DNA of 62,048 bases, the filler included, from Trichosphaerium sp. ATCC 40318 (taxonomy: Eukaryota > Protista > Tubulinea): the NCBI GenBank assembly GCA_038496445.1. It is 3 parts of 3 records of this genome, joined end to end, with 100 filler letters (N's around TTAATTAATTAA, not from the genome) between each part and the next. Parts side by side here need not be neighbours in the genome. Positions count along the whole stretch, not along the records: positions 23,200 to 51,997 come from JALMLS010000429.1; 2 more parts are not named here. One strand, 5' to 3'. Below the pieces are notes generated by a model, which saw nothing but the letters and a program-made list of their open reading frames with translations, ran no database searches and was not told the origin of the DNA. The position numbers and the translations under genes are program-made. Shown here piece by piece: positions 26,859 to 39,781 of this stretch. Each line of letters opens with the position of its first letter. The stretch's first letter is position 1.

Positions 26859-28178
26859 TTAATCAGTATAAATATAGACACCACGTTCTACAAGGTACAC
26901 TTCTACACCTATTTTTTTCAAATCATAAATGATATCTTTGTTGACAGTACTACTATGTTTCAATTCCTTTAAATATGAGAGTGTACACAAGCTCTCACCT
27001 TTTACTTTTGAACATGAATCAATATTAAGAATATGAACTCCAACAAGTTCCGCAATACCCAAGTCTGTAACTTGCTTACAGTCGAAGATGTTGACTGTAT
27101 GAGCAGAAGCTAGATACTTCAAATGATCATCTGTGATTTTCGTGTGAGACAAGTTAATGTCATGCACACCTTGCAATGCCTTTAAACATTCACCTGTAAC
27201 TTTTGTTGATGCTAGATCAATAGTATGTACACCAGCTAGCGCCTTGATACCATCATCAGTAACTGCTGTGTAGTGTAGATCAATCACATGTACGCCAGCC
27301 AAAGCTTGAATGCTCTTATCCGTAATTAATACACACTGACCCAAATCAATGGTATGGACACCTTTCAATGGTTTCAAATCATCATCTGTGATGTGCTTAT
27401 GAGGTAATGTGATCGTATGTACGCCTGCCAATGCCTTCAAACCATAGCCTGTAACATTAGTTCCAAACAAACGGATTTTATGCACACCGCTCAGTAACTT
27501 GATTACCTCATGTGTTATATTTTTACACCAAGTTAAGTCTATAGTATGTACACCTTTCAACACGTTTAAACATTCATCAGAAACACTTGTATTAGTTAAA
27601 TCAATTGTATGAACACCCTTAAGCGCTTTGACGCCTTCGTTTGTTATTCCTTTACAATGTGCTAGGTTTATAGTATGTACACCTTTCAGTGACTTTAATC
27701 CATTGTCTGTAACGTCTGTATTACGTAGATTAATCACGTGTACTCCAGATAATAGTTTGATGCCCTTGTCTGTAATTCTTCGACAATCTGACAAATTAAT
27801 GTTGTTCACGCCTGATAATGCTTTAATACCCCTATCTGTTATTTCAGAACAAAAAAGATTAATAGTAAGGACGCCTGAAAGTAAAAGCATGTTGCTGTCA
27901 GTAGCATGGACATCAATATTAGATAAAGTTATTGTTGTATTTTGAAGTAGAGGGCTTCCCGAAAGTCTAGTCAGCTCGCTTTCGTTCATTACGACAATGT
28001 TATTGTATCCAACGTGGTTGTGAACAATATCTCGCAATAGATGGCATGTTTGGGCTGTACGAAGTGTATACCTCCCTTGGTTGAGAATATGCACAATAAT
28101 CTCAACTGGCAGCGCGATTAGGTCGAAGGTTTGGTGATTTGAACCACTTTCTATCGTTTGCTGTTCACGTGCGTTCAT
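26859..28178 (-). CDS. F-box + LRR protein
   Basis: LPVEIIVHIL F-box followed by many LxGVHTIDL repeats; intact 439-aa ORF. Confidence 0.87.
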   Translation of the reverse strand: MNAREQQTIESGSNHQTFDLIALPVEIIVHILNQGRYTLRTAQTCHLLRDIVHNHVGYNNIVVMNESELTRLSGSPLLQNTTITLSNIDVHATDSNMLLLSGVLTINLFCSEITDRGIKALSGVNNINLSDCRRITDKGIKLLSGVHVINLRNTDVTDNGLKSLKGVHTINLAHCKGITNEGVKALKGVHTIDLTNTSVSDECLNVLKGVHTIDLTWCKNITHEVIKLLSGVHKIRLFGTNVTGYGLKALAGVHTITLPHKHITDDDLKPLKGVHTIDLGQCVLITDKSIQALAGVHVIDLHYTAVTDDGIKALAGVHTIDLASTKVTGECLKALQGVHDINLSHTKITDDHLKYLASAHTVNIFDCKQVTDLGIAELVGVHILNIDSCSKVKGESLCTLSYLKELKHSSTVNKDIIYDLKKIGVEVYLVERGVYIYTD

Positions 28179-28492
28179 TTTAAAATCACAACCTCGCTAT
28201 AAGTTGATTCAAACGCTAGTGGAAGGGTCCAAGTTCGAAAAAATTAAGCCAACCCAAAAAAAAGAATCACGTGCCAAACTTACACAGTTCAACATAAACG
28301 ACGAACAAAACTGCTTTTTTCGACGTTAGTTTCCCGAAATGCATTTTAAGCACTGGTACTGCATCTACGGAAACAACGCCACTACGCTAGCACAGTGGAG
28401 GCAGGATTTTGATTCTTTTACGATTGAGTTATTTCGTCAAAAAAGTCAACGGTATTTTGACTTCTTTTTTCAGTTTAGCTGTTCCTAACAAG

Positions 28493-30551
28493 ATGCAAAT
28501 CACCTTGGTAACATTCACTATCTTACTTGCTTGTGCTTTGGCACAAGTTTCGAGGCCTGGTACCCCAAGAAGCTTCAAAATCAAAGAGTTGGCAGAAACA
28601 CCTGTCTACAAGACTGGACACGTTGATGCGTATGCCATGATGGAAGAAGATGAGATGAACCGCGTTTCTGATGTAAAATTACCTTACCGCTTCGGTTACC
28701 CTTTCTTCGTTAATATTACAACTGATAACTCAGGTGTATGGCAAGTAGAGAAAGGTAAGTAACAATTTCTAACCACTTGAACGTAAAAACACGTAATTTT
28801 TTTTTTGTTTGTTCTCTTTTTTTTGCGAACAAGTATCGTCTTTATGTTTATGTCGTTTCGTGTTATTAAAATTACAAAAGAAAAGTCACCTCCAAAATGA
28901 AAAATTTTTAAATCACGTGATTGAATTTTTCCGCTGTTAAACGGACTAACTTTGGTTTTTTTTTTGTAGCTGGAAAGTACAGACTTTGGCGTCTTGCTAT
29001 TAAATGTGATCACGCTTATTCAATCAATCTTGTCTTCTCGCGTTATAGACTACCTCCTGGAGCTAGCTTGTATGTCTACACCCCAGACTTCAAAACAACT
29101 CTCGGTGCTTTTACCGAAGACAACAACAAGAACGACTATTTGATGGCAATTCAACCAATATCTGGTACAGAGCTCGTCATTGAGGTACGTATTTTTATTG
29201 CGCTATTGCTTTATTTTTAAATACGCGTAACACGTGACTGTGATCTATTGTGAACGCTTCCTTTTTTTGATATTTTTGGTTCGCGTTGTTTTATGGTTAA
29301 CTTTGTTTTTATAGTACAATGAGTTGATCGACACAGCGTTCAAGGGAGAGATTGCTATCTCTACTATTGTCCACGCTTACAGACCAGTATTTTCTCAACT
29401 CACTAGAGGACCATCTGAGTTCTGTAATATCAACGTTGCTTGCCCAGAAGCCGAGTACGCTTTTGAGTTTTTAGTATTTTTTTCAGCAAGTTTTTTTTTC
29501 TAAACGAAGTTAGCGATTGGCAAGATCAATCACAAGCAGTTGCTTTGATCACCACTGGATCTGGTAATGCCGTATGTACTGGAAGTATTCTCCACAATAC
29601 TAAAAAAGATTTCAAACCTCTTTTCCTTACCGCCAACCACTGTTTGGGCAACCCTTCCACATGGGTACGTCTTTTGGAAGTTTATAAAAAAATAACGAAA
29701 AGTTATTTGATCTTTTGTGCTAACTGTTCTCTTTCAGGTCTACGTATTCAACTACCAATCCCCAACATGTGATGGTGATATTGGCCAAAAAACTGATTCT
29801 ATTCAAGGTGGTACACTTCTTGCTAGAGGTGCTGCTTCAGACTTTGCTTTGGTAGAGCTTAGTGAAGCAATTCCAAAATCATACAATGGTAAACAATCAC
29901 TAGCGCACTTTTAGATGATTTGTGTTTAATAACCTTTTTAGTCTTTTTTGCCGGTTGGTCTGCTGTCAATGTACCTGCTGTATCAACTGTTGGTATCTCA
30001 CACCCATCTGGAGACATCAAGGTAATGATTTCTCGGTTTTTTGCGAATTGAAAAAAGTCACGTGACGTAACTTTTTTTGATAAAAATTCACGTGAATAAT
30101 TACATCTGTTTAACATGTTTAACATGTTTTTTCGTGTTAGTTGTTCGCTAATATTGTTGTGTTTATTATTAGAAAATCGCTGTAAACAAGGACCGTGTTA
30201 CTTCTTCTCAATGGTCTGGTCAATACAGGGATACTCATTGGAGAGTAAACTTCTGGGATGACGGTACAACTGAGCCTGGTTCATCTGGTTCTGCTCTTTT
30301 TGATCAAAATGGACGTGTTGTTGGTCAACTACATGGAGGTGCCGCTTCATGCTACAGAATTGACTACGATGTATACGGAAAGGCACGTGAAGACAGAAAA
30401 ATAAAATACAAGGGTCAAATGTTTTTTTGACATTTTGTATTAGATCTCTTATTCATGGGCTGCTGGTTCCAGCGATGCTGATCGTTTGGATGTATGGTTA
30501 GATCCTGAAAATACTGGTACTACTGTATTTGATGGTGAATATCAGCCGTAG
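28493..30551 (+). CDS. Secreted trypsin-fold serine protease resembling bacterial lysyl endopeptidase (multi-exon)
   Basis: Signal peptide, propeptide motifs (YRFG, LPPGASLYVY, GAFT..NN), CNINVAC, and catalytic triad motifs LTANHC, SDFALVEL and GTTEPGSSGSALF. Confidence 0.85.
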
Positions 30552-30852
30552 ATGATGACAACGATATACTGTACAGAGCTCTTTAAATAAAGCTCTTTTT
30601 GTCTTCTTTTTTTGTTAACGTTATAATACCTTCTTATTCCTGTACACCTAAATTCTATACACGCGTTGTGTTGCATTACAAGAAAACTGAACAAAAAAAC
30701 GGTTACCAGTAACAAAACGGTCCGCAAAGATCCTTTGAGTCAAAATGAGTAAGATCCATTTATGTTACACAACAGCCTCAACCGGCGCTACGCTCATAGG
30801 CATTGTACTACTAAGAAATACACGCCTCAAATCATAAAAAAACAGTTCCCTA

Positions 30853-31742
30853 ATGAGTAAAGACGAACGGGAAACTATAGAACTTCTAGACATACCGACA
30901 GAGATACTGGCGCACTTGCTTGATTTTTTAGACCGCAGTTATAGATTCCCGCTTCTCAAAGCTGTAAACGATTATCATCCATAATACTACACCACGTGGG
31001 ATACAAACGAATCTCTGTTAAATCAAGATCAGACTGTTCACGTCTTTCAGGAAGTCCACTACTAATAAACACGGAAATATACTTTGGAGATTTCATAGAA
31101 GCAACAGACTCAGATCTTTCTCTAATTTCAGGTGTTCGCAGGCTATTCCTTCGTACAAATCATGGTATCACCGATAGAGGGTTACACCGTGCTACTGGTG
31201 TTCAATCTTTAACACTACAAGATTGTAAACGCATTACAGATTTCGGAATAGGACCACTTGTTAAAAATCTTAAAACAATTTGTCTGATAGATGTAGGGTA
31301 TTATCAATTGACGTTACTTTTTCTTACTGGAATACCGAGTATTAGTTTACCATCATCGAAAATACTTACAGATGACATACTGCATAAATTAGCTGGTGTA
31401 CATACAATCGATTTAAGTGGTTGTAAACGCATCTCAGATAAAGGTATCTCATCATTGGCAGGTGTACATAAAATATACCTATGTAGCACAAACGTGACCG
31501 ACAAAGGTATATCAGCTCTTGCTGGTGTACACACTATTGATATATCTTGGTGTTTGGGAGTAACTGGATCCTGTATGAAAGATATATCAGACGCATATGA
31601 AGTTAAATTATCGTATACTAGTGCCAGTGATTATTGGATTGATCAACTTACCGGCGTCAAAGTATTACAATTACAAAATTGTAATATTACAAACAAGTGT
31701 CTAATTGCTTTGGCACAAAGAGGTGTTACAGTATGTAGGTAG
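30853..31742 (+). CDS. F-box + LRR protein, apparent frameshift near 30948
   Basis: IPTEILAHLL F-box lies in one frame and ASQSCK...HVGY plus the LRRs in the next; the shift falls at a short C run. Confidence 0.7.
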
Positions 31743-32756
31743 ACTAACACGTGTACAAACTGTAGTAAACACCCATAAACCAATTTCCTGCATTCCAGAA
31801 CTTAGCTCTACCGCTTCGGACGAAGTGGCTACAATACTAACAAAAACAATAAAAATATGAGAAAGTCCATACTGGAGTTCGAGATCGCGTCATTATTATA
31901 ACGCGCCATTGACAGTATAAAATCAACCCTGTTTTATAAGTGGTACCTATTAACATAACCAATAGTCGCAACACAAAAGAAGAAGTAGTGGTTTGTCTCA
32001 TATTCCCAACGTTTTGTTTCTGAAAGTGAGTTGAATGGAAACATTAAGTAGCAACTACCCAGTATTATTAGTGAACAAGCACTGTTAGACACGTCCCAAG
32101 TTATTCAGATAATCCATAGAGCTTTGTTTAGTTGCAGATAACGGCAACTCCTTATCAGTAAAGGCCAAAGTCCTGAGGAGAAAATCCGTTGAATTTCGTT
32201 ACAATATTTTTTTATGTTTGAACTTTTTTTGGTTTTCGAGTTTAGTCTTACAATTTGTTTTAACAATCCTTTAGACAATGTAACAAAAAAATAGCTCACA
32301 CTTGAACTCAACATGAAAGCACGAAACGGCGAAGAACCCACTTTTGTGGATTTGGTACACTCTAGCATGTCTGTGTCTGCTGTTTCCGGATTTGACCTGA
32401 AATAGTGCTATTTTGTGTTATTGCTACGCCTGATTTTTCGGGACAGTTTGTAAACATAGGTAGCCTTTTCCTCTGCAAGCTATACCACGCGTGTATACTC
32501 ATAGAAGTACTTATGTGAGCATAAGAACAGAAAGTCAGGTGCATGCTATAAATTGGGAGTGGCTTTGTAACAAGTAGGGTTAACGCTAACATAGGATAGG
32601 CATTTCAAGTCAAATCCTCCAGGCAAAACTTTTTTTTTCGAACTCAGACATATACTAAAGAAGGAGTTGTAGACCAAAGCGATAGCTTAGCCTTGGTTTA
32701 AGCTGTAGTTAACTTAAAGTGAAAAAAAAATCACTACAACATTTCTAAAACCATAA

Positions 32757-33624
32757 ATGACACAGCTAGTAGCTTTAACTCTTTTCGTTCTTGTTGCTTT
32801 GGCAACCGCTGAAGTATGCAGTCTCTTTGGAAACAATGTATGCTCTTGCTTCAAAAACAAACATTGCGAAACCGGTACGTGCTATATGAGTCGTTTAATC
32901 GCTGTTTTACCACTTTTGTCCGTTTTTTTCCGTTAAACTTGCTTTATCAGGTTACGGCTGCTTGGTACCAAGCTGTAACGAAGATGCCTGCGGTTTCCCA
33001 AGGATCTGTTTCTGCAAGGAGGTACACTACGTTTTCCCATTTGAAATTTTTTTTTTCCAAAAACGCCAGATAACAGCCCCCTTGTTTATGTTGGTTGCTT
33101 TTGCGTTGTTTGCTCATATATTTTAGATTATGTCCGGCGGTCAAGCTACAAACACTTCTAACTGCTCCCCTGTCGATGCTGGTCCATGTGACGATTGTCC
33201 TAACCAATCAGAACCACTTTTAACTCCAAAATCTGTACGAAAACAAAGTCCAAAAGAAGGCGGAGAAAACTTTTCAGTTTTTTTTTTTTCTTTTCAATCT
33301 TCTTCGTCTACCCTCGTGTACTTCATGGATTGATATCCTTGTAATACTTGGCGTGCACTTTATCTATTTCTGCGCGTCAACCGTGAAGTAGAAGCGATGA
33401 TTGAAAGTTTTCTTGAATTTTCAGAAAAATCTGTCTCTTACTGGTTTCTTCTTTAGGTACTTATCTGGGAGTATTCTACCCTTGATGCCAACGGTCTTGA
33501 TGAGCGTCTTGAGCGTCTCGGTTTGGAAATGAGCGGAGACCGTAAGGATAAAGTTGAACGTCTTGTAGAATGGACAAGAACCAACGAAATGAAACTATTC
33601 GGTCATGTTCTTTCCCAAGACTAA
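32757..33624 (+). CDS. Small secreted Cys-rich protein with C-terminal SAP-like motif (4 exons)
   Basis: Signal peptide MTQLVALTLFVLVALATA and Cys-rich exons. The last exon reads YSTLDANGLDERLERLGLEMSGDRKDKVERL. Canonical GT-AG joins are in frame. Confidence 0.65.
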
Positions 33625-34826
33625 GATCAAAACAATAAAAACGTGTTTCTCTTGAAAATTTACAGTAAATCCGGATCAATTTCTACTACACCACGACGTT
33701 GTGTGAGTGGCTACAAATGTGTCAGTGTGAAAACAATGAACTTATATTTTGGCACCAGTAACACAAAGTAGAGCAACAATTACAAGGTTGTTGAACGTAT
33801 TGCGTGGAATACCCGAAAGACAAAACTTAAAATTGAAGTAGAATTGTTTGTTTGGTTTATTCGATTAAGCGAAGCTTAATTCAGGCGCAGTTCGCGTGGG
33901 TATTAAATGAATATTGGACTCGTTAATTATTACGTGAATGCGCACGCGACAAATGCCTCAGTGTATTACTAGGCGCCTTTTAAGGCAATCTGTACGCTTT
34001 CAATATGATTAAGTTATAGGTTTTATACAAGGTAAAGATAAAGGTACGCGCCTATGGCGGTTAAGTTATACAAGGTTAGGCGCCAACACTTACGAGTGCC
34101 TTTGTTAAGCGAGGTGGCTTTTTTTTTTTGTAAAACACGTGTTTTTGTGATGGCGTACTAGGCGCCCTTCAAAAAAGTGAGTTTTTGTCGAAAAAATCCC
34201 GTTTCGCGTTACATTATAGTACAACACAAGCCTATGGCTTGGGATCTGCCCCTGTTAGGTTATGTTATGTAAACTCTTTCACTAAGTATTCTTCATCTGT
34301 GTTCATCATTCTTTCTTTCACTCTTTTCAATTTTATCGTATGGTTCATATTTCTGTTATGTAGGTACTTTTTGTAAAGTTCGATTTGGTGTATCATATGA
34401 GCCATTTCTTTAGTTTTTTTCCTGAGTTTTCTGTTCGTTGATTTATCTGTGTCCAGTTCCTTGTGATATTCTGTGGCCAGTCTAGATTCTGTCCATTTAG
34501 TTGTATATCCAAAACATGATTTCTTTAAGCTCGGTCCAATTACTTCGCACGTGCTTGCTGAAACATTTTCATTGTAAAACGTTGGATATTTCATGCTGTC
34601 TTTGTATGTTATGTCTTCATGTGCGTTAGTGTAGTCTCTTTTGTTAAAGCCCAATATGGCTAGGAGCCATAGTTCGGGCGACATCTTCCTGTTGGGGTTT
34701 CTATATTTCATGAACATGTTAGTGTAGTTGAAAATTCGTTCATATAGTGGTGTGCTGTCTTCATTTTGTTCTTCTGTTAACGGTGTTAGTTTACTTTTGA
34801 TTACATTCGTTTCTAAGTGTCCTGTT

Positions 34827-35873
34827 CAGGTCTAAAAAAATATACCAGTTATTTTGGTATATACCACTTTTATACCACTTTTTTATACCAGTTTTTTATG
34901 GTATATACCAAAAAAAGTGGTATATTTTGACTGAAATATACCAAAAAAAGTGGTATATTGTCCAAATATACCAACAATATACCAAAAAAAACAGGTATAA
35001 AAGCAGAAAATATACCACTTTTTTTCACCAGAAAAAAAAAAATATACCACTTTTTTTAGGTATATACCAGTTATATACCACTTTTTTATACCAGTTTTTC
35101 ATGGTATATACCACTCTTATATACCACTTTATGCCTACTTATGGTACACCTGCAATTCCAGAAAATACACTTTATTTAATACACAGTTTGTGAGCTACAA
35201 GTTTTGGACAATGCCCACTACAGTTACATTACTATGGGCGTCTGGAAAATTCGTCCATCTCCATGAGCTTGCTGTACCTACTGTAAAAACATGCTGCGCA
35301 CCTAATGAAAGTGGTTCCACCTGAATCCATCAATTAATAAGGCCTACGGAGGTCGGTTAATGTATATCAAACGAAAATAAAATAAAACTTTGTCTGGTAC
35401 CCACGAACGTCTGTATAATACCTGCAATATAGTTTCCTTAATGTTGGTACTGGAATTAGGTCCTGCGGTTTGAATGAGCTTGGTTTGGTTAGATTCTATG
35501 ATATACTAAGGTCCCTACGCACCGTTCAATGTATGACGTCTATGATCGTTCAACAAGAAAACCCATTACCAAAAAGCTCCTTAATGACCTTCTTGAAGCA
35601 TACCATAAAAGTGGTATATACCAATAAAAAGGTGGTATATACCACATACCATAAAAAAGTGGTATATACCACTTTATATACCATTTTTAGAAGGTCTCAT
35701 TATGTGAATGAAAAGTGGTATATACCACTTCCATATACCACTTTTTTATTCACTTAATTTCTTCAAAAAGTGGTATTTCAAAATGGTATATACCAGTTCA
35801 TATACCATTTTGTTGAAAAAAGTGGTATATACCATAAAAAAACTGGTATATACCACTTTAATTTTTAGACCTG
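34827..35873. mobile_element. Non-autonomous TIR element (CAGGTCTAAAAA ends, 2-bp TSD TT) with TATACCA subterminal arrays
   Basis: Ends CAGGTCTAAAAA and TTTTTAGACCTG with TT on both sides. Removal restores ...IPITGHLETNV... in frame with ORF 34265-34717. Confidence 0.9.
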
Positions 35874-38800
35874 TTATGGGTATTGCGGTTTGTATACCTT
35901 CTAGTTTTCCATTTGTGCTAATTAAGTATTTAGTTACCTGTCCTATGACTTCTGATGTCGAGTTGAGAAAAGTTCCTATAGGGTCACAATAGCTAAGGTG
36001 TATTATGTCTTCTGCTTGCGATTCATCGGGGTCACCGCAAATTTCACACATGCTGTTTTCATACATTTCTTTCATGTATTTTTGTATATAATTGGTTGGA
36101 TTAGCGCATTTTTTTGCTATACCATAAAGTCTTTTGTTAAGCATAAGGTTATTTGTTTTCAATCTGAAGATGAAATCCTGTACTCGACCAAATTCTGCTT
36201 CATTCCTTAGAAACAGTTGATGTGATGTGTTCATGTCTGTTCCTTCGTATCTTGATGGTTTTGTGGAATCGATTATCCAGCTTTCATCCCAATATTTTTG
36301 ATTTTCTTCCTTTCTTGCTTTTTGATAGTTTCTGTGGACTACTTTACCATTTTTACTGACTATGAAATTATTATGCCCAGAACCCATTACTTCATAGTGC
36401 GGTATTCTGTTCACATATTTCCCTTTGTCCCGACCTAACTTGGCTAAGTTGTCCGCTGCTTTATTACCTGCTATGAATGCTTTCATAACGTCTTTCCCAT
36501 ATTTTTCTTCTAGCTTAGATATTTGGTTCTTTTTGTTTGTTGTTATTTCTATTGTATCATCGTCGTCAGTGTGTGCTGGTACCCACACAATTTTGATGTT
36601 GACTTCTTTCATGGCGTGATTGATTCTGTTTAATATTGAATTGAATGGTAGCTTTTTCCTTTTGTGTATATTAAGTTTCTTGTAGTTTTTGATGAGGTTT
36701 TTTGCTCCTACGCAATCTGTGCCCAGTATAGCGTTACACCCTCGGGGTATGCTTTTAGTCGCTACCTCAATGGCATAGAGTTCTGCAAATATTGGGTTTG
36801 TTACATACGGCACCGTACCATTAATTTGGTACTTTTCATTTATGAATATCCCGAAGCCTGCTCTGGAGTCATCATATTTGTTGTAGTCTTTTTCACAACT
36901 TCCGTCTGTGGATATGATGAGTATATTGTTCGTTTTAGGCATTTCATCCGTTTGTTCTGTTGTCCAGCGTTTGAAGGTAGGGTTCCATGTTTTAATATTA
37001 GGCGTATATATGATGTTTCTTTCATTACAACTGTTTATACCAGCCCACGTGTTTAAGAAGTTATCATAAATTTTGTATTTTCCTGAGCCGCATCCAGGTG
37101 ATGGTAACTTGATTTCGCCCATCTTGTTTAATACTTGCGAGTTAAATATTTGTGCATTGCGTAATCTATCTTCTTTGATAGCCACCATGATCGAGTTTGT
37201 GTCATAATTTAGTACGTCATACAGTATGGTATTACCGTATCTTTCTAATTGTAAGTCTTTGATACAGATCAAATTTTTTGCGCCTACTTTGTGACCACCA
37301 TATAGTCTATGGGCTTTTTGTGTGCTAATGGATTTACATAATTTTCTGGTTTGTTTTAGAATTGATTCTTCTATTATTTCTACTGTATCGCAAAGTATGG
37401 CTATAGACGACATAGTGTAAGCCGCTTTTGCCAGGACTAACTGATTTATTGCACGAACAGCAATTCTTGTTGGGACTCTGAATTTAGTAACATTGTTGAT
37501 CATTCTATCCATGCTTGCTTTGAGTTTGTCACAATGGGTCTTCCAGGACTTATTAAGGTTTGTCCAGATACCAAGGTCCTTGTAACATTCCTTACTTGTA
37601 TAGGCTTTGAGCGGATTATTTTTCCATTGTAAATCGTCTTTGTCTATTTCCTTAACATGTATATTGTAGGTGAAACCAGATTTTTTGGTATTGATGTCAA
37701 TGTTATAGAAACTCGCAAACGTTTTTACGATATTAAATAGTTTAACCATGTTGTTTTTGTTATCTGAGCAAAGTTTGATGTCATCTGCATAAGCTAGTGT
37801 AGATATTATTATCCCACTTATAGGATAACCGCACTTGGAATGTTGTAGTTCTTCCAACAATGGGTTGATGAATATAATAAACAGTGTGGGACTCAGGATG
37901 TCACCTTGTTTTACACCTCTGTTAATATTTATAGTCTTTTTACCTATAGGTGTGATAATTTCAGCTGTTTGGTTATCGTATACATTGTTGATAAATTCAC
38001 GGAACATTGGGTCTATATTGTAGTATTCAAGGGATTTCAGAATTGCCCATTTATCTACGCTATCATAGGCTTTCCTGAAGTCTATGTATGTGACAAATAG
38101 TGGTTTTATATTCTCTAACGCATTCTCTATAATCCCATGATATATTTTATGGTTCATGTGGCAGTTTCGTGATTGTGTGAATCCAAATTGTGCTTCTGAG
38201 ATGATCTTACGTTTAATTATGTCTTTTTGGAGCCTCCTAGTTAGGATAGTGGATAGTATTTTGTAGCTAGTGTTGAGTAATGAGATTGGTCTGTAATTAC
38301 TGACATCACGGTTATCACCTTTTTTGGGTAAAAGCACGATGTATGTTTCTTTACAGGATGCTGGGATATTTTTATTGGATATGCAAAAGTTGCACGTATT
38401 TAGAATTTCAGTTCTTTGAGGAAGGTTTTCACTATCCGCTAGTCGTTTGTATATTTCTGGACCTATACCGGAGGGTCCTGGAGTTTTAAAGTTTGCCATA
38501 TTTTAACACTTTATCTAGTTCTTTGTGTGTTATCTGTGTCATGAGTTTGTCTCCTTTGTTATATTTATTATGTTTAAAGGATTTAGGAATAAGACCTTCT
38601 TTAGCAGGTGTTGCCGTATAAATGTCTGCCCAAAAGTTACTCACAAGTTCCATCATTTTGAGTTTATCATATGTTACTACTTCTTCTCCGTCAAGTATAT
38701 ATTTGATACAGTCTGTGAATCTATTGTTATTAACATCTACTTTGCGTATTCTATTATAAAAGCGTTTTAAGTATACTCTTTCTAATTCTAACATATCAGT

Positions 38801-39781
38801 GACCTGTTTAGCACGACATTCCTCTTCCATGTTTTTATATGTATCTTTTTTGGCTTTACTAATTTTATTTAGTGCCTTTTTGGTTTCTTTGAGTAGGTGC
38901 TCATGATGGAATCCTTGACTCAACTCATTGTTCGGGTTGTTACTAAAGAAGCCTTTGAACTTGACTTGTCTATTTTTAGTAGCTTTAGTAATTTGTATTG
39001 CTTTGTCATTACAGCTTTCGTCTGTAGTACTTTCGTCTTTTAGCATCCCTTTTAGGCTAAAGAGTTTTGTACGATCTTGGTTTAGTTTTTTAATTTTGTT
39101 AGAGTTAACTAGTCTTCCGAACCCTCTGTTATTAGGGTCTTTTGTGGTATCTGTGAACTTTGCCACATGTTCAAAGAGTAATTTTGTGTATCGTCTCCAA
39201 CCTTGGTCAACTGCAAACCATTTGTTGCGTATTTCTCTTTTATCTTTGTGTGTCATTCGTGAACTTGCATCTAATTCTGTGGGTAGGAGATTTGCAATAT
39301 CACCTCTTTCATATTTAAATGAACGGACACAGTCTTTGCCTAGTTTTTTTTGATCATATTCTCTGGTTTTAAGTTTTTTGATGTATGGTATTTTCGTTTG
39401 AGTCACCACATGTTCCTTCACTGATAGGTTAGTCTCTATCATTATGGGTCTGTGGTCTGTATTTAAATTGTGTTTGTCTATTATTTTGCTGTTGTGAATG
39501 CAATCTGACATTTTATCATTCGTCAGACAATAATCAATTCGCGATTTAAATTTTGTTGGCGATTCCCAGTCACAACCGCTACAAAAGGTGTATATTGTTC
39601 CTTCATTTCTTTCACACCATACATCCCTTAGTTTGTGCTTGTCAATAAAGTTTGTCATTGTTTTAGTATTATGTTGGGTTTTAGTGGAAAACCTAAATTT
39701 GTCTATTGTACGATGTATCATGTTAAAATCTCCAATTATTGCTAGTTTGGAGTTATTAGTTAAGTTACTGTCCTTTATAGA

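Noticed and set aside
34821-34826. 6-bp TSD CCTGTT for the first nested element
   Set aside because: It overlaps the right TIR (…ACCTG). The sister element shows a 2-bp TSD, so TT is preferred.
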